Origin: an uncultured archaeon
Lineage (GTDB): Archaea; Altiarchaeota; Altiarchaeia; JAFGQM01
NCBI GenBank assembly: GCA_964391885.1
Contig: CAYMNU010000010.1
Location: forward strand, 176 to 64,175
DNA: 64,000 nt
Direction: 5' to 3'
The notes below the pieces were generated by a model. That model saw nothing but the letters and a program-made list of their open reading frames with translations, ran no database searches and was not told the origin of the DNA. Numbering within the stretch: the stretch's first letter is position 1; every line of letters starts with the position of its first letter. This document shows positions 53,535 to 63,401 of the stretch, piece after piece. The position numbers were made by a program, and so were the translations under genes.

Positions 53535-54640
53535 CCTGGGAGAGGTGGGGGGGCAATATTAGCTCCTAAGCTACAAGATCTTGCCGCCTTGGCGACAAAG
53601 CCCTTGTATGATTGACCCGCTTCAAAGATACTTGAGGGCGTGAGGGGTTCCCAACCCTGTTTTCTAGAATTCCAGTAGTGGGCCCTTTCAAAATTACAAT
53701 CACCCTGAATGTCCGCAAGGCTTTTGCCTCGCATATCCCCAGTTATGGGTAGGAAATTCCAGCCCGTGTCGATCTGTAACCCATTAAAATCAGTGGATTC
53801 TGTTAGCTCCAGTGACAGGCTGCATCGCTCATAGGAATAAGTCCAAAAAGAGCGTTTTGCAAGATAGTCCTCAAGCCAGCGCTCGCCGTACCTTTCAGAC
53901 GATTCCTTAATAGTGAGATATTGGTTCTCAGAATTTAAGTAAACAAAACCATAGCGCTCGCTGCCTAAGCAAGTGCCGCTATCGAGCCTTCCGCGGCCAC
54001 CTAGAGTTATCAGGTTCCAGCCAGGCTCGAGGCTTATGCTTACGCTCCGGGTATCAGACTCGATCACATTGAACTTAACGCTGTGGCTAGAGCTTACAGG
54101 TTTATGCAAGTATGCAGTCACCTGGTAAACCCCTGTTTCGCTAGCTATCATTGTACCTTCATAATGGCATAATGAAGGGCATCTGCAGACAGGGCAAGGC
54201 TTGCCTTCTTCGCATTCTGCGCATAAGCACATAGAAATCGCGCATGCACCCTCATCTAAAACCAGGCTGCGAGACAGCCCGTTAGGATAAGAAACCGATG
54301 CGCTGACTTCTGCTGCAAATGCGTCATATAGAGAGCTCGAGAAGGTTGCAGTTACTTTCACTTCCTCTCCCGCTTTATATTCCAGCTTGTCTGTCCTGAC
54401 CTCAAAGCTGTACTCATCAGGACAGGGCGCGAACTCGCAGCTAGGGGGGAGCCTTCCAACGGCGGTTCCATCGGAGCATATCTTGGCGTCAGCAGCACAT
54501 GCAATCGGAGATTCCTCAATTGTATGGGCTACGTCGTCTTCTACAAGCTGCGGTGAGGATGCCTGGATTGCCGGCACAACAGACAGCATAAAAACCAGAA
54601 CCATACAAAGTCCCATTCCCCTAAATAGTTTTTTTTCCAT
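53528..54640 (-). CDS. Secreted Cys-rich protein of unknown function
   Basis: Signal peptide MEKKLFRGMGLCMVLVFMLSVVPAIQASS. KICSDGTAVGRLPPSCEFAPCPD module. Cys cluster CLCAECEEGKPCPVCRCPSLC. GWNLITL and GWNFLPIT motifs. Confidence 0.65.
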   Translation of the reverse strand: MEKKLFRGMGLCMVLVFMLSVVPAIQASSPQLVEDDVAHTIEESPIACAADAKICSDGTAVGRLPPSCEFAPCPDEYSFEVRTDKLEYKAGEEVKVTATFSSSLYDAFAAEVSASVSYPNGLSRSLVLDEGACAISMCLCAECEEGKPCPVCRCPSLCHYEGTMIASETGVYQVTAYLHKPVSSSHSVKFNVIESDTRSVSISLEPGWNLITLGGRGRLDSGTCLGSERYGFVYLNSENQYLTIKESSERYGERWLEDYLAKRSFWTYSYERCSLSLELTESTDFNGLQIDTGWNFLPITGDMRGKSLADIQGDCNFERAHYWNSRKQGWEPLTPSSIFEAGQSYKGFVAKAARSCSLGANIAPPPLPGW

Positions 54641-54980
54641 TTTTTATTATTATGAATATATCCAGAATACCTTAAGGTGGTCTCCGTTGCAGTCAAGAAG
54701 ATCCTCTGCAGATATCCTATCTTTGTTTAACTTCTTCATCGTTTCCATTACGCTTGGGAGGCCCCTCCAGCAATTTCAGTGAATTGCAGTAGAGGGACAC
54801 CCCCAAGACCAACCCGAGGTTCATTTTTTGTCGAATTTCTTGCCAAGCAATTTGGCGGCAGTATTCATCAGAATACTTTATTTCAACAAGTAAATTAGTG
54901 CTGCAACGATACTAAAGCTTTTGCTGGAACATATGTGTCAAAAACGTTCAGAAAGGCTCTTTTGGTAAAACTGGGCTCTT

Positions 54981-56144
54981 TTAAGCCTTCTTTCCGTTCA
55001 GAAACCACTCGGAGAGGCGGATGCGCTTTATCCTGCCAAGTTTTTCGGTTGTTATTAAATTCCGAGCCTCAAGGCCGCCGAGGGCGCGCGACATTGATGA
55101 TTTGGGCCAACCAAACTCCCGGGTCATACGATTCTGAAGCGATTCGCCGCCCTTTTCCATTAAGGATTCTAAGATCCTCCTCTCGTTCTCGTCAAGCGCC
55201 TGAAGGACATCCTGCATGTGGCGGTCCGGCTTGATTTCCGGGGGGGCTTCTTGTTCAAGTCGTCCCCTTGGCTTTTTGAGGATGACGAGAGTGATGATGA
55301 CAGAGAGCCCTAGTATAGCAAGTGTTATGGGCAGCAGTAACCAGGAATAATCTTCCATGGGGCTTGCGACCGCAGTCTCCAGCATTATCGTCACACTGCT
55401 CATTTGACCATGGCTTATCTCAACAATATGCGAACCTGCCATGCCCCCGTTAAGGGCAGATACCTTGCACTGACCCACTGGGAGCCATTCGGCCGAGAAA
55501 GAGCCGAACTGGTCGCTTCTGATGGATGCGAGCTCGCCGTAGTCGCCCCTGCAATCGAATTTGAGCTCGGCGCCAGGGACTAATCGGTCTTCGGAGTCTA
55601 TTACTTCACCGCCAAGACTGCCCACAGGCTGCATAAATGCGCTCATATTTATGTCGCCTGCAAGAATCACTTGGAATTGGGAATAATAGTCCTTGCCAGG
55701 CGTTGATGTAATGTCCAGCTTGAGAGTTATCTTCCAGGAAGCGGCAGGAAGCTGCAGGGACATTCGACCGTCTTCGCCCACATAGCGCAGGGTGCCTGCA
55801 TGCTGGGTGCCGTCATCCATATAAACCCGTATGTGGGCGTCTCGTATCAGGTCGCCGCTTTCTATGTCGCGTATTTCAAGCAAGAGTTCATGCATCGCTT
55901 CAGAGGCTAGGGTCGAATCACGAGCTGCAGACTCGGTTTTGGCCATATCAAAGGCAAGCATTGCCACTTCATCGCCTTGGCCTCCATCTGCTAATTCGCC
56001 GTTAGAATCAGAATACATAAACTCACTATCCGGCAAAGGTGGCGTTATAAATGCGTCGTCGGAGGGAAAGAGCTCGGCAAGGGAGGCTGCCTCTGCCGAA
56101 GCCAGGAAAAGTGAGGACATCAACAATATTGTTATTATGCGCAT
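54981..56144 (-). CDS. Membrane-tethered transcription regulator: signal peptide, two beta-sandwich (CarboxypepD_reg-like) modules, TM, cytoplasmic winged helix
   Basis: MRIITILLMSSLFLASAEA. TM segment WLLLPITLAILGLSVIITLVIL. C-terminal LDENERRILESLMEKGGESLQNRMTREFGWPKSSMSRALGGLEARNLI (MarR/TrmB-like wHTH). Confidence 0.65.
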   Translation of the reverse strand: MRIITILLMSSLFLASAEAASLAELFPSDDAFITPPLPDSEFMYSDSNGELADGGQGDEVAMLAFDMAKTESAARDSTLASEAMHELLLEIRDIESGDLIRDAHIRVYMDDGTQHAGTLRYVGEDGRMSLQLPAASWKITLKLDITSTPGKDYYSQFQVILAGDINMSAFMQPVGSLGGEVIDSEDRLVPGAELKFDCRGDYGELASIRSDQFGSFSAEWLPVGQCKVSALNGGMAGSHIVEISHGQMSSVTIMLETAVASPMEDYSWLLLPITLAILGLSVIITLVILKKPRGRLEQEAPPEIKPDRHMQDVLQALDENERRILESLMEKGGESLQNRMTREFGWPKSSMSRALGGLEARNLITTEKLGRIKRIRLSEWFLNGKKA

Positions 56145-56182
56145 GTTTAAGTTTAGCGAGCACTTAATTAAAAGCAAATAAG

Positions 56183-57010
56183 ATGAAAATCACGCCACTT
56201 GCCGCGGATTCTCTCGGGGTGCGCTCGATGGCCACGCTTGTTGAAACAAAGGATATCAGGCTGGCAATCGATCCGGATGCAGCTCTCGGCCCTTCGCGCT
56301 ACGGGCTGGAGCCGCAGCAAAAGGAATTGGATGCGCTTTTACACTACAAGAAGCTCTGCCATAGGGAAGCTGAGAAATCGGATGCTGTCGTGATTTCTCA
56401 TTACCATTTTGACCACTTTTCCAGTGGAGTGCATTTCAAGGATAAAATAGTGTATGCCAAATCAACAAAATCGAATATTAACAAATCGCAGAGGGGCAGG
56501 GGGGTGGAATTTGACAAGGAGATTAATGGAATCGCAAAGGCGATTGTTGAAGAAGATAACAAAGAATTTGAAATCGGCGAAACTAAGTTGAAATTCTCGC
56601 CCGCGGTTCCCCATGGACCGCCAGGTATAAGGCTGGGCTATGTCATAATGACGCTTGTGGATGATGGATTCAGGTTCGTGCATACCTCAGATGTGCAGGG
56701 GCCCGTTTCCAGCGAGAGCACCGACTGGGTAATCGCCCAGAAGCCCGATTTAGTTTATATGGACGGGCCGCCAATTCTCTTTCTTGGCTGGAAATTCTCT
56801 TATAAGAATTTAGAGGAAGCCAAGAATAACTTCCAGAGAATACTTGATGAAACCAATGCGGACATCATCTGCGACCACCATCACCTAAGAAGCTTGAATT
56901 ACAAAGAGAAGTTTCCGTTTTTCGATAACCCAAGGGTGAGGACTGCGGCAGAGTATTTGGGGAAAGAAAACATTATGCTGGAAGCGAGGAGGAAGGATTT
57001 ATGGTGCTGA
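56183..57010 (+). CDS. UPF0282-like metallo-beta-lactamase-fold protein
   Basis: MKITPLAADSLGVRSMATLVET...ISHYHFDHF; 275 aa. Confidence 0.7.
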   Translation: MKITPLAADSLGVRSMATLVETKDIRLAIDPDAALGPSRYGLEPQQKELDALLHYKKLCHREAEKSDAVVISHYHFDHFSSGVHFKDKIVYAKSTKSNINKSQRGRGVEFDKEINGIAKAIVEEDNKEFEIGETKLKFSPAVPHGPPGIRLGYVIMTLVDDGFRFVHTSDVQGPVSSESTDWVIAQKPDLVYMDGPPILFLGWKFSYKNLEEAKNNFQRILDETNADIICDHHHLRSLNYKEKFPFFDNPRVRTAAEYLGKENIMLEARRKDLWC

Positions 57011-57682
57011 CTTTCTCCCCTTAAATAAAACCAGCGAAATCAAAACTACGACGATGGTAATTATAAGTATAATAATCGGCAAAGAGTCGGCAGCATCTGA
57101 ATCAACCAGCCTAGGCTCGGGGACTGATTCTTGCTCCCAAAAATCTTCATCAATACAGTCAGGATCTTCGCCCCCCTCGCAATCAGGGTCGCAGCCGTCG
57201 CCGGCCTGGGGATTGCATATTCCGTCGGAAGCGTTGGAGGGACAGTCCTCCGGGCAGGTAAGGTAGTTCTCAGGACCCATGCCACATACCCCGTCGCCGC
57301 AAACCAAAGAGCTGAAATTCATCCCCATGAGCTCTTTTAGCTCAGCCTCGCTTCCATCAGGCAGGACGCAGACCGTGCAATTGCCGCTGCCGCTGTATAT
57401 GTTCTCACAGCGTTCGTCGCTTACAATTTTGGTTTCATAACCCTGAACCGCGCAATAGGAATATTCCTCCTTGACCCTGCCCTCAAGGAACCACCAGGAG
57501 TTGACCAGGCTGCCGTCCGGAAGCTCACATGCGCCAAGATCGCCTTCGGGAGTCTCTACTATATGAAATGAGTACCCCATTTCAGTACAATATACGAAAG
57601 AAGGGTCAATGAGAGACGCGCTTGCGCTTGCGCAAAAAAGCGCCAGGAACACTGCAAATCCGCTTATGTGTAAAAGGTTCAT
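56999..57682 (-). CDS. Secreted DUF333-like (x2) Cys-rich protein with C-terminal membrane anchor
   Basis: Signal peptide. YCTEMGYSF...[19 protein letters not shown] and [10 protein letters not shown]...[29 protein letters not shown] module. C-terminal TM. ATGA overlap with the protease gene. Confidence 0.6.
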   Translation of the reverse strand: MNLLHISGFAVFLALFCASASASLIDPSFVYCTEMGYSFHIVETPEGDLGACELPDGSLVNSWWFLEGRVKEEYSYCAVQGYETKIVSDERCENIYSGSGNCTVCVLPDGSEAELKELMGMNFSSLVCGDGVCGMGPENYLTCPEDCPSNASDGICNPQAGDGCDPDCEGGEDPDCIDEDFWEQESVPEPRLVDSDAADSLPIIILIITIVVVLISLVLFKGRKSAP

Positions 57683-60183
57683 AAAGGCCGCACCCCCCTT
57701 ACGTAATACTTCTGAGTGTCATAGCTCAGCCAGCCGCTGTCCCTGTGGACATCCGCATAGCCGCCATCGCCCCAGCCAGTTCCCCAGGAGTTCTTGACCA
57801 ACCAGCGGTCGCCCACCCAGCCTACAACTATCAGACAATGAGACGCACTGTCCCCACTTCTCCAACCGCAGGTCGTTACCGGACCATGGCAGGCTATCTT
57901 GCGTTTGAAGTCGGTTAGGCTATCACGGCTTTTCTTCGCGCGCCGTATGTGATCGACTGTCCACGCATCTGCAGTCCATGCGCTGCAAGGCCTACAATAG
58001 GTGGTTCGCGCCTCATAGGGAAAACAATCCTCAATCGGCGAGCCGCCGTCCCTGATCCGGCTCATTATGCTATATATTCCCCCCCCTCCGCAGGAGCCAC
58101 TGCCGTAGCAGTTAGAGACGAAATATTGCTCAGAGAGATTTAAATCTGTCGAGTGATCCACATCGTCGCCCGGTGAGGTACGCTCTATGTTATATGTTGC
58201 TTCAACCACGCCTAAAGCCGCGAAAGCCCAACAAGAGCCGCAGTCGCGCTGATTTTTCACGCTTGTCATGTAGTTCTTGCCCCTATGGTCTCTCCAGTCA
58301 AAATTTGCCGGGAGAGGGCCGCTGCAATAATCACATAGTGTCGGGCAGGTACCCCCACAGTCGATATCCTCTTCACCTTGGTTCATGATACCGTCATCGC
58401 AGGAAGTGGGCAGGCATGCACCGTCAAAGCATCGGCCAGGGCATTCATACACTTCACTCTCAATCTTGCATTCTCCATCCTCAAATACAGTCCAGTGTTC
58501 GACAAGAACTCTATCGTTTCGACAGTAGTCCTCATCGAGACCAACCCTGCCCTTTGTGTAATAATCTCGCCCGCCGTCTGACGCTTCACAAACACATGCA
58601 CCGTCGCTGCAGCCGCCGGGGCAGTTCACAGTTAGGCTGCTTATTATCAAGCCAGGTTCGGCTGTACTGCCGCAGTAATACTCCATAAGCCTATAATCTG
58701 AGATACAATAATCTACATTGCCCTCTAGTTCTCCTCTTGTATATGGTTCATAGCCCCCATCAGTAGCTGGGCATCTGCAAACACCGCGAATATTGTCACA
58801 ATAATCATCAGGGCATTGCAGTATCTCATATCCCAAGCCTTCGGGCGTGCAATGAAATTCTTTTATATGGCTTGAGTTATGGCACATATCATGTTGTGCT
58901 GTGCACGAACTTCGGGAATCGCACCTGTGTTGCCCACCACCCATGGGGCCAGGAACATATTCGCACCCACCGGTAGTGCTCTCAGTATAAACCGCACCCC
59001 TGCTGTCCACCGGGTTTAGGCCCCCGTCGCTATCATAACAGCCGCAGCCATGATTGTCTACCATACCATAAAAATCCTGCCAGTAGTAAATCTCCCGCCC
59101 ATTTTCCCTACGGGATAAGCTAGTCCGACAGGTATTTGCACCCGGGTAAGGATAATAAAATATGTCCCTATCGGCACAGCAGTACCTCGAGTTGGCTAAG
59201 CCTAATGCACTTGCGTCCTGGCATTCCAAGCAGCAGAGGTCGCAGGCGTCGCCCACGCCATCGCCGTCGTTGTCCTCCTGGCCGGGATTGTAGACATCTG
59301 GGCAGTTGTCCCTGAAGTCGGATATGCCATCACCATCGCTGTCAGTCTCCGGAAACCTGAAATAAAGTGTAGTGTCTTCATCTACATCCTCATTGAATCT
59401 GGCATTCCCGAGATAATCCATCTCCATTATGCCAACGGCTGGTGTACTCATTAGAGGAGGGGTGACATAATGGCAGAACTTACCGAAGCACCTCTTTTTG
59501 AACAATCCACCCACCCATATCTCGATGACTGCGGTGTTGTCATCCCCCTCTACGAAGATTTCCATGCGGTCGCCCAGAAAGGGGGTTTCTGGCAATATGG
59601 TCGTATCTGGCTTTTCCAAATAAGGATGGCTGCACTCGCATACGCCGTCGGGCTTTTTGACGCATGTGCACCCTGCCAAACGCCGCCCGTCTTTGAGATA
59701 GCAAAACCTCATGCAGTCGCTGTCAGCCTCTTGGGAAGGCTCTGGAACCGGCTCGGGCGAAGATGGGGGCACTTCTACATCATCTTCATCGGTAACATCG
59801 TCTTCAATGGGATCCTCTCCTATAGGCTCTTCAGGAGGCTCGTCTTCCTCTAAGGGTTCGTAGCAAAACATATCTGTTCCACATGGGGTCTGCTTGCCAT
59901 AACAATCCTCATATCCATGACTCTTTGCATATGAAAAATCGAGGCACTTGCAGTCGCCCGGGCAAGCGCTCGGGGGCCCTTCCTGCAAAGGGTTGTAACA
60001 AAATAGGTTTTCTCCGCAGGGAGTCTGCTTGCCATAGCAGTCCTCGTAGCCGTATTTTTGTGCGTATGAAGGACTAAGACACTTACAGTCGCCTGGGCAG
60101 GGAGAGCTCTGGGAAGCTGAGAGGGAAATAAGGAGTAGTGGTGCTAGCAGTATTAAAACTAGAAAAAGTTTTTTGCCTAGCAT
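57679..60183 (-). CDS. Secreted 834-aa multidomain protein with C-terminal papain-like (C1) cysteine peptidase
   Basis: Signal peptide. 2 x 45-aa CPGDCKCL...[12 protein letters not shown] repeats. TSP3-like [35 protein letters not shown]. Catalytic [12 protein letters not shown] (Cys codon at 58232-34), HCLIVVGW and [14 protein letters not shown]. Confidence 0.8.
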   Translation of the reverse strand: MLGKKLFLVLILLAPLLLISLSASQSSPCPGDCKCLSPSYAQKYGYEDCYGKQTPCGENLFCYNPLQEGPPSACPGDCKCLDFSYAKSHGYEDCYGKQTPCGTDMFCYEPLEEDEPPEEPIGEDPIEDDVTDEDDVEVPPSSPEPVPEPSQEADSDCMRFCYLKDGRRLAGCTCVKKPDGVCECSHPYLEKPDTTILPETPFLGDRMEIFVEGDDNTAVIEIWVGGLFKKRCFGKFCHYVTPPLMSTPAVGIMEMDYLGNARFNEDVDEDTTLYFRFPETDSDGDGISDFRDNCPDVYNPGQEDNDGDGVGDACDLCCLECQDASALGLANSRYCCADRDIFYYPYPGANTCRTSLSRRENGREIYYWQDFYGMVDNHGCGCYDSDGGLNPVDSRGAVYTESTTGGCEYVPGPMGGGQHRCDSRSSCTAQHDMCHNSSHIKEFHCTPEGLGYEILQCPDDYCDNIRGVCRCPATDGGYEPYTRGELEGNVDYCISDYRLMEYYCGSTAEPGLIISSLTVNCPGGCSDGACVCEASDGGRDYYTKGRVGLDEDYCRNDRVLVEHWTVFEDGECKIESEVYECPGRCFDGACLPTSCDDGIMNQGEEDIDCGGTCPTLCDYCSGPLPANFDWRDHRGKNYMTSVKNQRDCGSCWAFAALGVVEATYNIERTSPGDDVDHSTDLNLSEQYFVSNCYGSGSCGGGGIYSIMSRIRDGGSPIEDCFPYEARTTYCRPCSAWTADAWTVDHIRRAKKSRDSLTDFKRKIACHGPVTTCGWRSGDSASHCLIVVGWVGDRWLVKNSWGTGWGDGGYADVHRDSGWLSYDTQKYYVRGVRPL
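59830..60099. repeat. In-frame tandem repeat, 2 x 135 bp (45-aa Cys-rich units)
   Basis: [43 protein letters not shown] versus [44 protein letters not shown]. Confidence 0.6.
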
Positions 60184-60235
60184 TTTGTATTATAGTTATC
60201 GGTCATCCAATAAAAACTTTTGGCGATTCAAAGGT

Positions 60236-60883
60236 TCAGCTTGATTGGCAAGAATCGGTTTTATGCAACTCTATCTCATTCCATATATAGTCTGCTATCT
60301 CTCTCTTGCCCCTCCTGCCGAACTCCTTGAGGATCTCTTTCCCAACTACGATGACGTCGATTTCCTCATCGCCCATGGCGCTCTTCTCGACGTCGTTGGC
60401 GACAAGTAGGTCTATTCCTTTTTCATGAAGGAAGTTCCTGGCTTTTGCCTTGAGCTCGTCACGCCCCAGGCCGTACTCGGCCTTAAAGCCCACGATGAAA
60501 ATCCTGGGGAAAGCCTTCCTGGCCTCGTCGATGATTTTTGGCGTCGGGTTCAGTTCCAGTTTTATGCACTCTCCGCTCTTTATCTTGCCGCAGGTTTTCT
60601 TGGGCGCATAGTCGGAGACAGCTGCAACAGATATGAAGATGTCATAGTCCTCTTTGAGCTCGCTTAGCACTTGGGCAAGCATCTCGCCCGCAGTCCTGAC
60701 AGGGAGCTTTTTGCAGTCGGGAAGGCCCAGAGCCACGGGGCCGTGGATAAGTGTTACATCGTGTCCCCTCGCAAGCGCTTCTATCGCCAGCGCGGCCCCC
60801 ATCTTGCCGGAGCTGGCGTTGGTTATGAACCTGAAGTCGTCAATCGGCTCCTGCGTGGGCCCCATAGTGATAAGGACTTTCAT
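60236..60883 (-). CDS. coaB: Phosphopantothenate--cysteine ligase (stand-alone CoaB domain)
   Basis: MKVLITMGPTQEPIDDFRFITNASSGKMG. 215 aa with no CoaC flavoprotein domain. ATG at 60883 preferred. Confidence 0.8.
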   Translation of the reverse strand: MKVLITMGPTQEPIDDFRFITNASSGKMGAALAIEALARGHDVTLIHGPVALGLPDCKKLPVRTAGEMLAQVLSELKEDYDIFISVAAVSDYAPKKTCGKIKSGECIKLELNPTPKIIDEARKAFPRIFIVGFKAEYGLGRDELKAKARNFLHEKGIDLLVANDVEKSAMGDEEIDVIVVGKEILKEFGRRGKREIADYIWNEIELHKTDSCQSS

Positions 60884-60884
60884 C

Positions 60885-61814
60885 TTAGAAATCCAGCAAG
60901 TATTGCATGCATAAATTAAAGCAATGCTCGCTCCCTGTGCCAGTCTCGCATGCAAAGAAATCAAGAATATCCATGTCAAAGTCGGCATCAGCATCTAACA
61001 TCTCGCCCAGCTCCACAAACGCCGCAATATCCATATATGCCCTAAACCCTCCGCATAGGTCTGCCTCGCCTCCGAATGCGTCTATCCTGCACATCTGTTT
61101 GCCATTGTAGTATTCGGCACCCTTTCCCTCGAATGTGATGCCACTTAAGTCGTCATGAAAAGATTCACCGCTGCCGAGGAAAACGTCACAAAGCATGCCT
61201 TCGGAGCTGTAGCCTATATTCAGGGGTGCTGTGAACTTCTCATTGGGTATGTATTCAACTATTCTACATTCAACTGAGGCACGCTCGCCCATGGAACCCT
61301 CCATATCACGATAGCCCTGAAGGAATTCCAGGGGCGTTTCAATAAAGAAGGGGTCATGGTCTGCAAACCATTCAGGAGCATCACTATAAAAGGTATAATG
61401 GTAGTTTGTTGAACCGTCAAAAAACGCGAAGAGTTGATTGGTTTCTGAAAGCTCTGCAGAATATCTGGGGCTCTGGATATAAACATTATAATTTCTAGGC
61501 ATACCGTCCACGACGCCCCTGACTTCGCAGATGACGGGATAGCCCTCTGCTATAGCTTGGTCTATGGGAATGTCGGGTATCAAAGGGCCGGATAACAATA
61601 AGGCTATGGCAACTATGAGTAATATGCAGGCTACTGCGGCTATTATGATGAATTTAGTCTTGGAAGAACCTGCAGGAATGGTGGCCCCAGGATTTATTGC
61701 AGACGGAGCTTGGTTCTGCGGAACGCCGGAAGAGGGTAGCTTAAGCGATGCTCCGCACTGCATACAGAAGTTCTCGCCTTCGGGATTGCCTGTCCCGCAT
61801 TTAGAGCAATTCAT
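60885..61814 (-). CDS. Zinc-ribbon membrane protein with extracytoplasmic domain
   Basis: MNCSKCGTGNPEGENFCMQCGASL zinc ribbon. TM segment FIIIAAVACILLIVAIALLL. ATGA overlap with the AcnX small subunit. Confidence 0.55.
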   Translation of the reverse strand: MNCSKCGTGNPEGENFCMQCGASLKLPSSGVPQNQAPSAINPGATIPAGSSKTKFIIIAAVACILLIVAIALLLSGPLIPDIPIDQAIAEGYPVICEVRGVVDGMPRNYNVYIQSPRYSAELSETNQLFAFFDGSTNYHYTFYSDAPEWFADHDPFFIETPLEFLQGYRDMEGSMGERASVECRIVEYIPNEKFTAPLNIGYSSEGMLCDVFLGSGESFHDDLSGITFEGKGAEYYNGKQMCRIDAFGGEADLCGGFRAYMDIAAFVELGEMLDADADFDMDILDFFACETGTGSEHCFNLCMQYLLDF

Positions 61815-62194
61815 GCTAGTTTTATCGTGTCGCCGTCTATCTCCACAATGTCACCCGTCTTTATCTTATCAATATCTATCTTGTTCACCATGGGTATCTC
61901 TGAGATTATCGCGCCGACAGCGACTATAGTCTCGCAGTCCGAGTTTATCATGCCTGCTGGGGCTACACCGTTGTCTTTAAGGCGGTAGAGGCCGTATGAG
62001 CCTACCGTGGAGCCTTTTCCTGAGGGGAATACCAGTATCTTTCCGGCGAAGCTCTGGCCCTCGAGCTCATGCCCTTTCTCGGTTACAATGCCTGTTTCCG
62101 GGTCGATGCCCCCATAGAAAGATATCTGGTCTTTTGTGACAAGCGCTTCGGCCTTTGCCCTTCCCTTGAAGACTATTTTGCCTTTTAGGTCCAT
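61811..62194 (-). CDS. Aconitase X swivel-domain protein (DUF126), putative phosphomevalonate dehydratase small subunit
   Basis: GKILVFPSGKGSTVGSYGLYRL. The ATG at 62194 sits 1 nt after the large-subunit stop; the listed 62215 start is a TTG. Confidence 0.8.
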   Translation of the reverse strand: MDLKGKIVFKGRAKAEALVTKDQISFYGGIDPETGIVTEKGHELEGQSFAGKILVFPSGKGSTVGSYGLYRLKDNGVAPAGMINSDCETIVAVGAIISEIPMVNKIDIDKIKTGDIVEIDGDTIKLA

Positions 62195-62195
62195 T

Positions 62196-63395
62196 TTAAC
62201 TCCATTTCCCCTCAATCGCAGCCTCCACGCACTTCTCTATCGAGCCTATGTGCGTCTTCATGTTGTTATGCCCTTGTGCATAGAAGCAGGCTTTTGCCGA
62301 TGTGGTAGCGATATTCAGGAACCTGCCCTTGACGGGTGCGACAACCATGCATGTGTCCGCTGCGACGATTGCTCCGGAATCCTGTATTGTCTTCACGTAG
62401 CCGAGCTTCTCGGCTTTTTCCTTTATCGGCCTTGCGCAGGAAACCCACATTGTTACTCCTTTTGCTATCCTCTTTCCATCAAGGAGCCTTGCAACCTCTT
62501 TTAGCTCGTCAAGGGATGCATGCGGGCATCCAAGCGAAACGAAGTCAATCGCTTCGTCCGCGTCGCTTAGCGCTTCATATGCTTGCTTCATCTCTGCTTC
62601 GCCGATGCTGATGCTATCTTTCGGGTCCAAAAATTTACCTGCCTCGGGAGTGATGCCCTTGATGTGATAGATGGGTTTGGCTCCGTATGTGACTATGGAT
62701 GCACCGAATGACTTCAGGTTGTTGAGCTGCGCATACTTTATGCCTTCTATGAGCACTATCTTGTTCTTTGCCCTTTTGCCTATGGCGTTGCCCAGTGCGC
62801 CCCAGTCGGAGAGAGAAGATATGTCAGCGTTGACCCTGACAAGCATGTCGGGCACACGCTCCTCGTCCAGGTGCAAGCCATAATTAGGCGTCTTGCCTAT
62901 GAATGCCGAGGCCAGCGCCGAAGGCCCGCCTTCTCGGTTCGTCCTCGCGCCGATAACGCTGTTGCAATAGGTGACGGCTGAGGATTCCGCCCATGCCACG
63001 TGTTCAGCGAAAGAGGGCACAATGCCGATAAGGTAGGGAGTGCATGTGCATGTTGTGTTAATTCCCATCGCTGCAAACGCATCTATGACCAGGTTCTGCT
63101 TCTCGGCGAAGTCCTCGCTTATCCCCATTTCCTTCCATGCCTGAAGGTCCATGCCAGCAGGGTTAAGGAACGTGGGTATTTTAACTTTGCCGTCCTCAGC
63201 CAGTTTCGAAAGGTACTTCAGCCCGGCATCGCCCAGGTTGTGATACGAGACCCCGGCCACCTGGACGGAACTGATGGGTATTAATTCATCCGCTCCGAAC
63301 ATGTCGCCCAATGCCACTAATATTTCCATGGACTTCCTGGCTGCATAGCCCTCTTCCCCTGCGAGGATTTTTTCGTCTTCTTTTGTGAGATGCAT
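62196..63395 (-). CDS. Aconitase X catalytic-domain protein (DUF521), putative phosphomevalonate dehydratase large subunit
   Basis: 399 aa. ISSVQVAGVSY, NTTCTCTPY and LGCPHASLDE are typical of AcnX type II large subunits. Confidence 0.8.
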   Translation of the reverse strand: MHLTKEDEKILAGEEGYAARKSMEILVALGDMFGADELIPISSVQVAGVSYHNLGDAGLKYLSKLAEDGKVKIPTFLNPAGMDLQAWKEMGISEDFAEKQNLVIDAFAAMGINTTCTCTPYLIGIVPSFAEHVAWAESSAVTYCNSVIGARTNREGGPSALASAFIGKTPNYGLHLDEERVPDMLVRVNADISSLSDWGALGNAIGKRAKNKIVLIEGIKYAQLNNLKSFGASIVTYGAKPIYHIKGITPEAGKFLDPKDSISIGEAEMKQAYEALSDADEAIDFVSLGCPHASLDELKEVARLLDGKRIAKGVTMWVSCARPIKEKAEKLGYVKTIQDSGAIVAADTCMVVAPVKGRFLNIATTSAKACFYAQGHNNMKTHIGSIEKCVEAAIEGKWS

Positions 63396-63401
63396 TTTAG
63401 A

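Noticed and set aside
54641-54980. Small minus-strand ORFs (29 and 35 codons) in the 340-bp spacer upstream of the 370-aa secreted-protein gene
   Set aside because: There is no Shine-Dalgarno or TATA context and no recognisable sequence features. The region is kept only as a likely promoter/operator region for the island.
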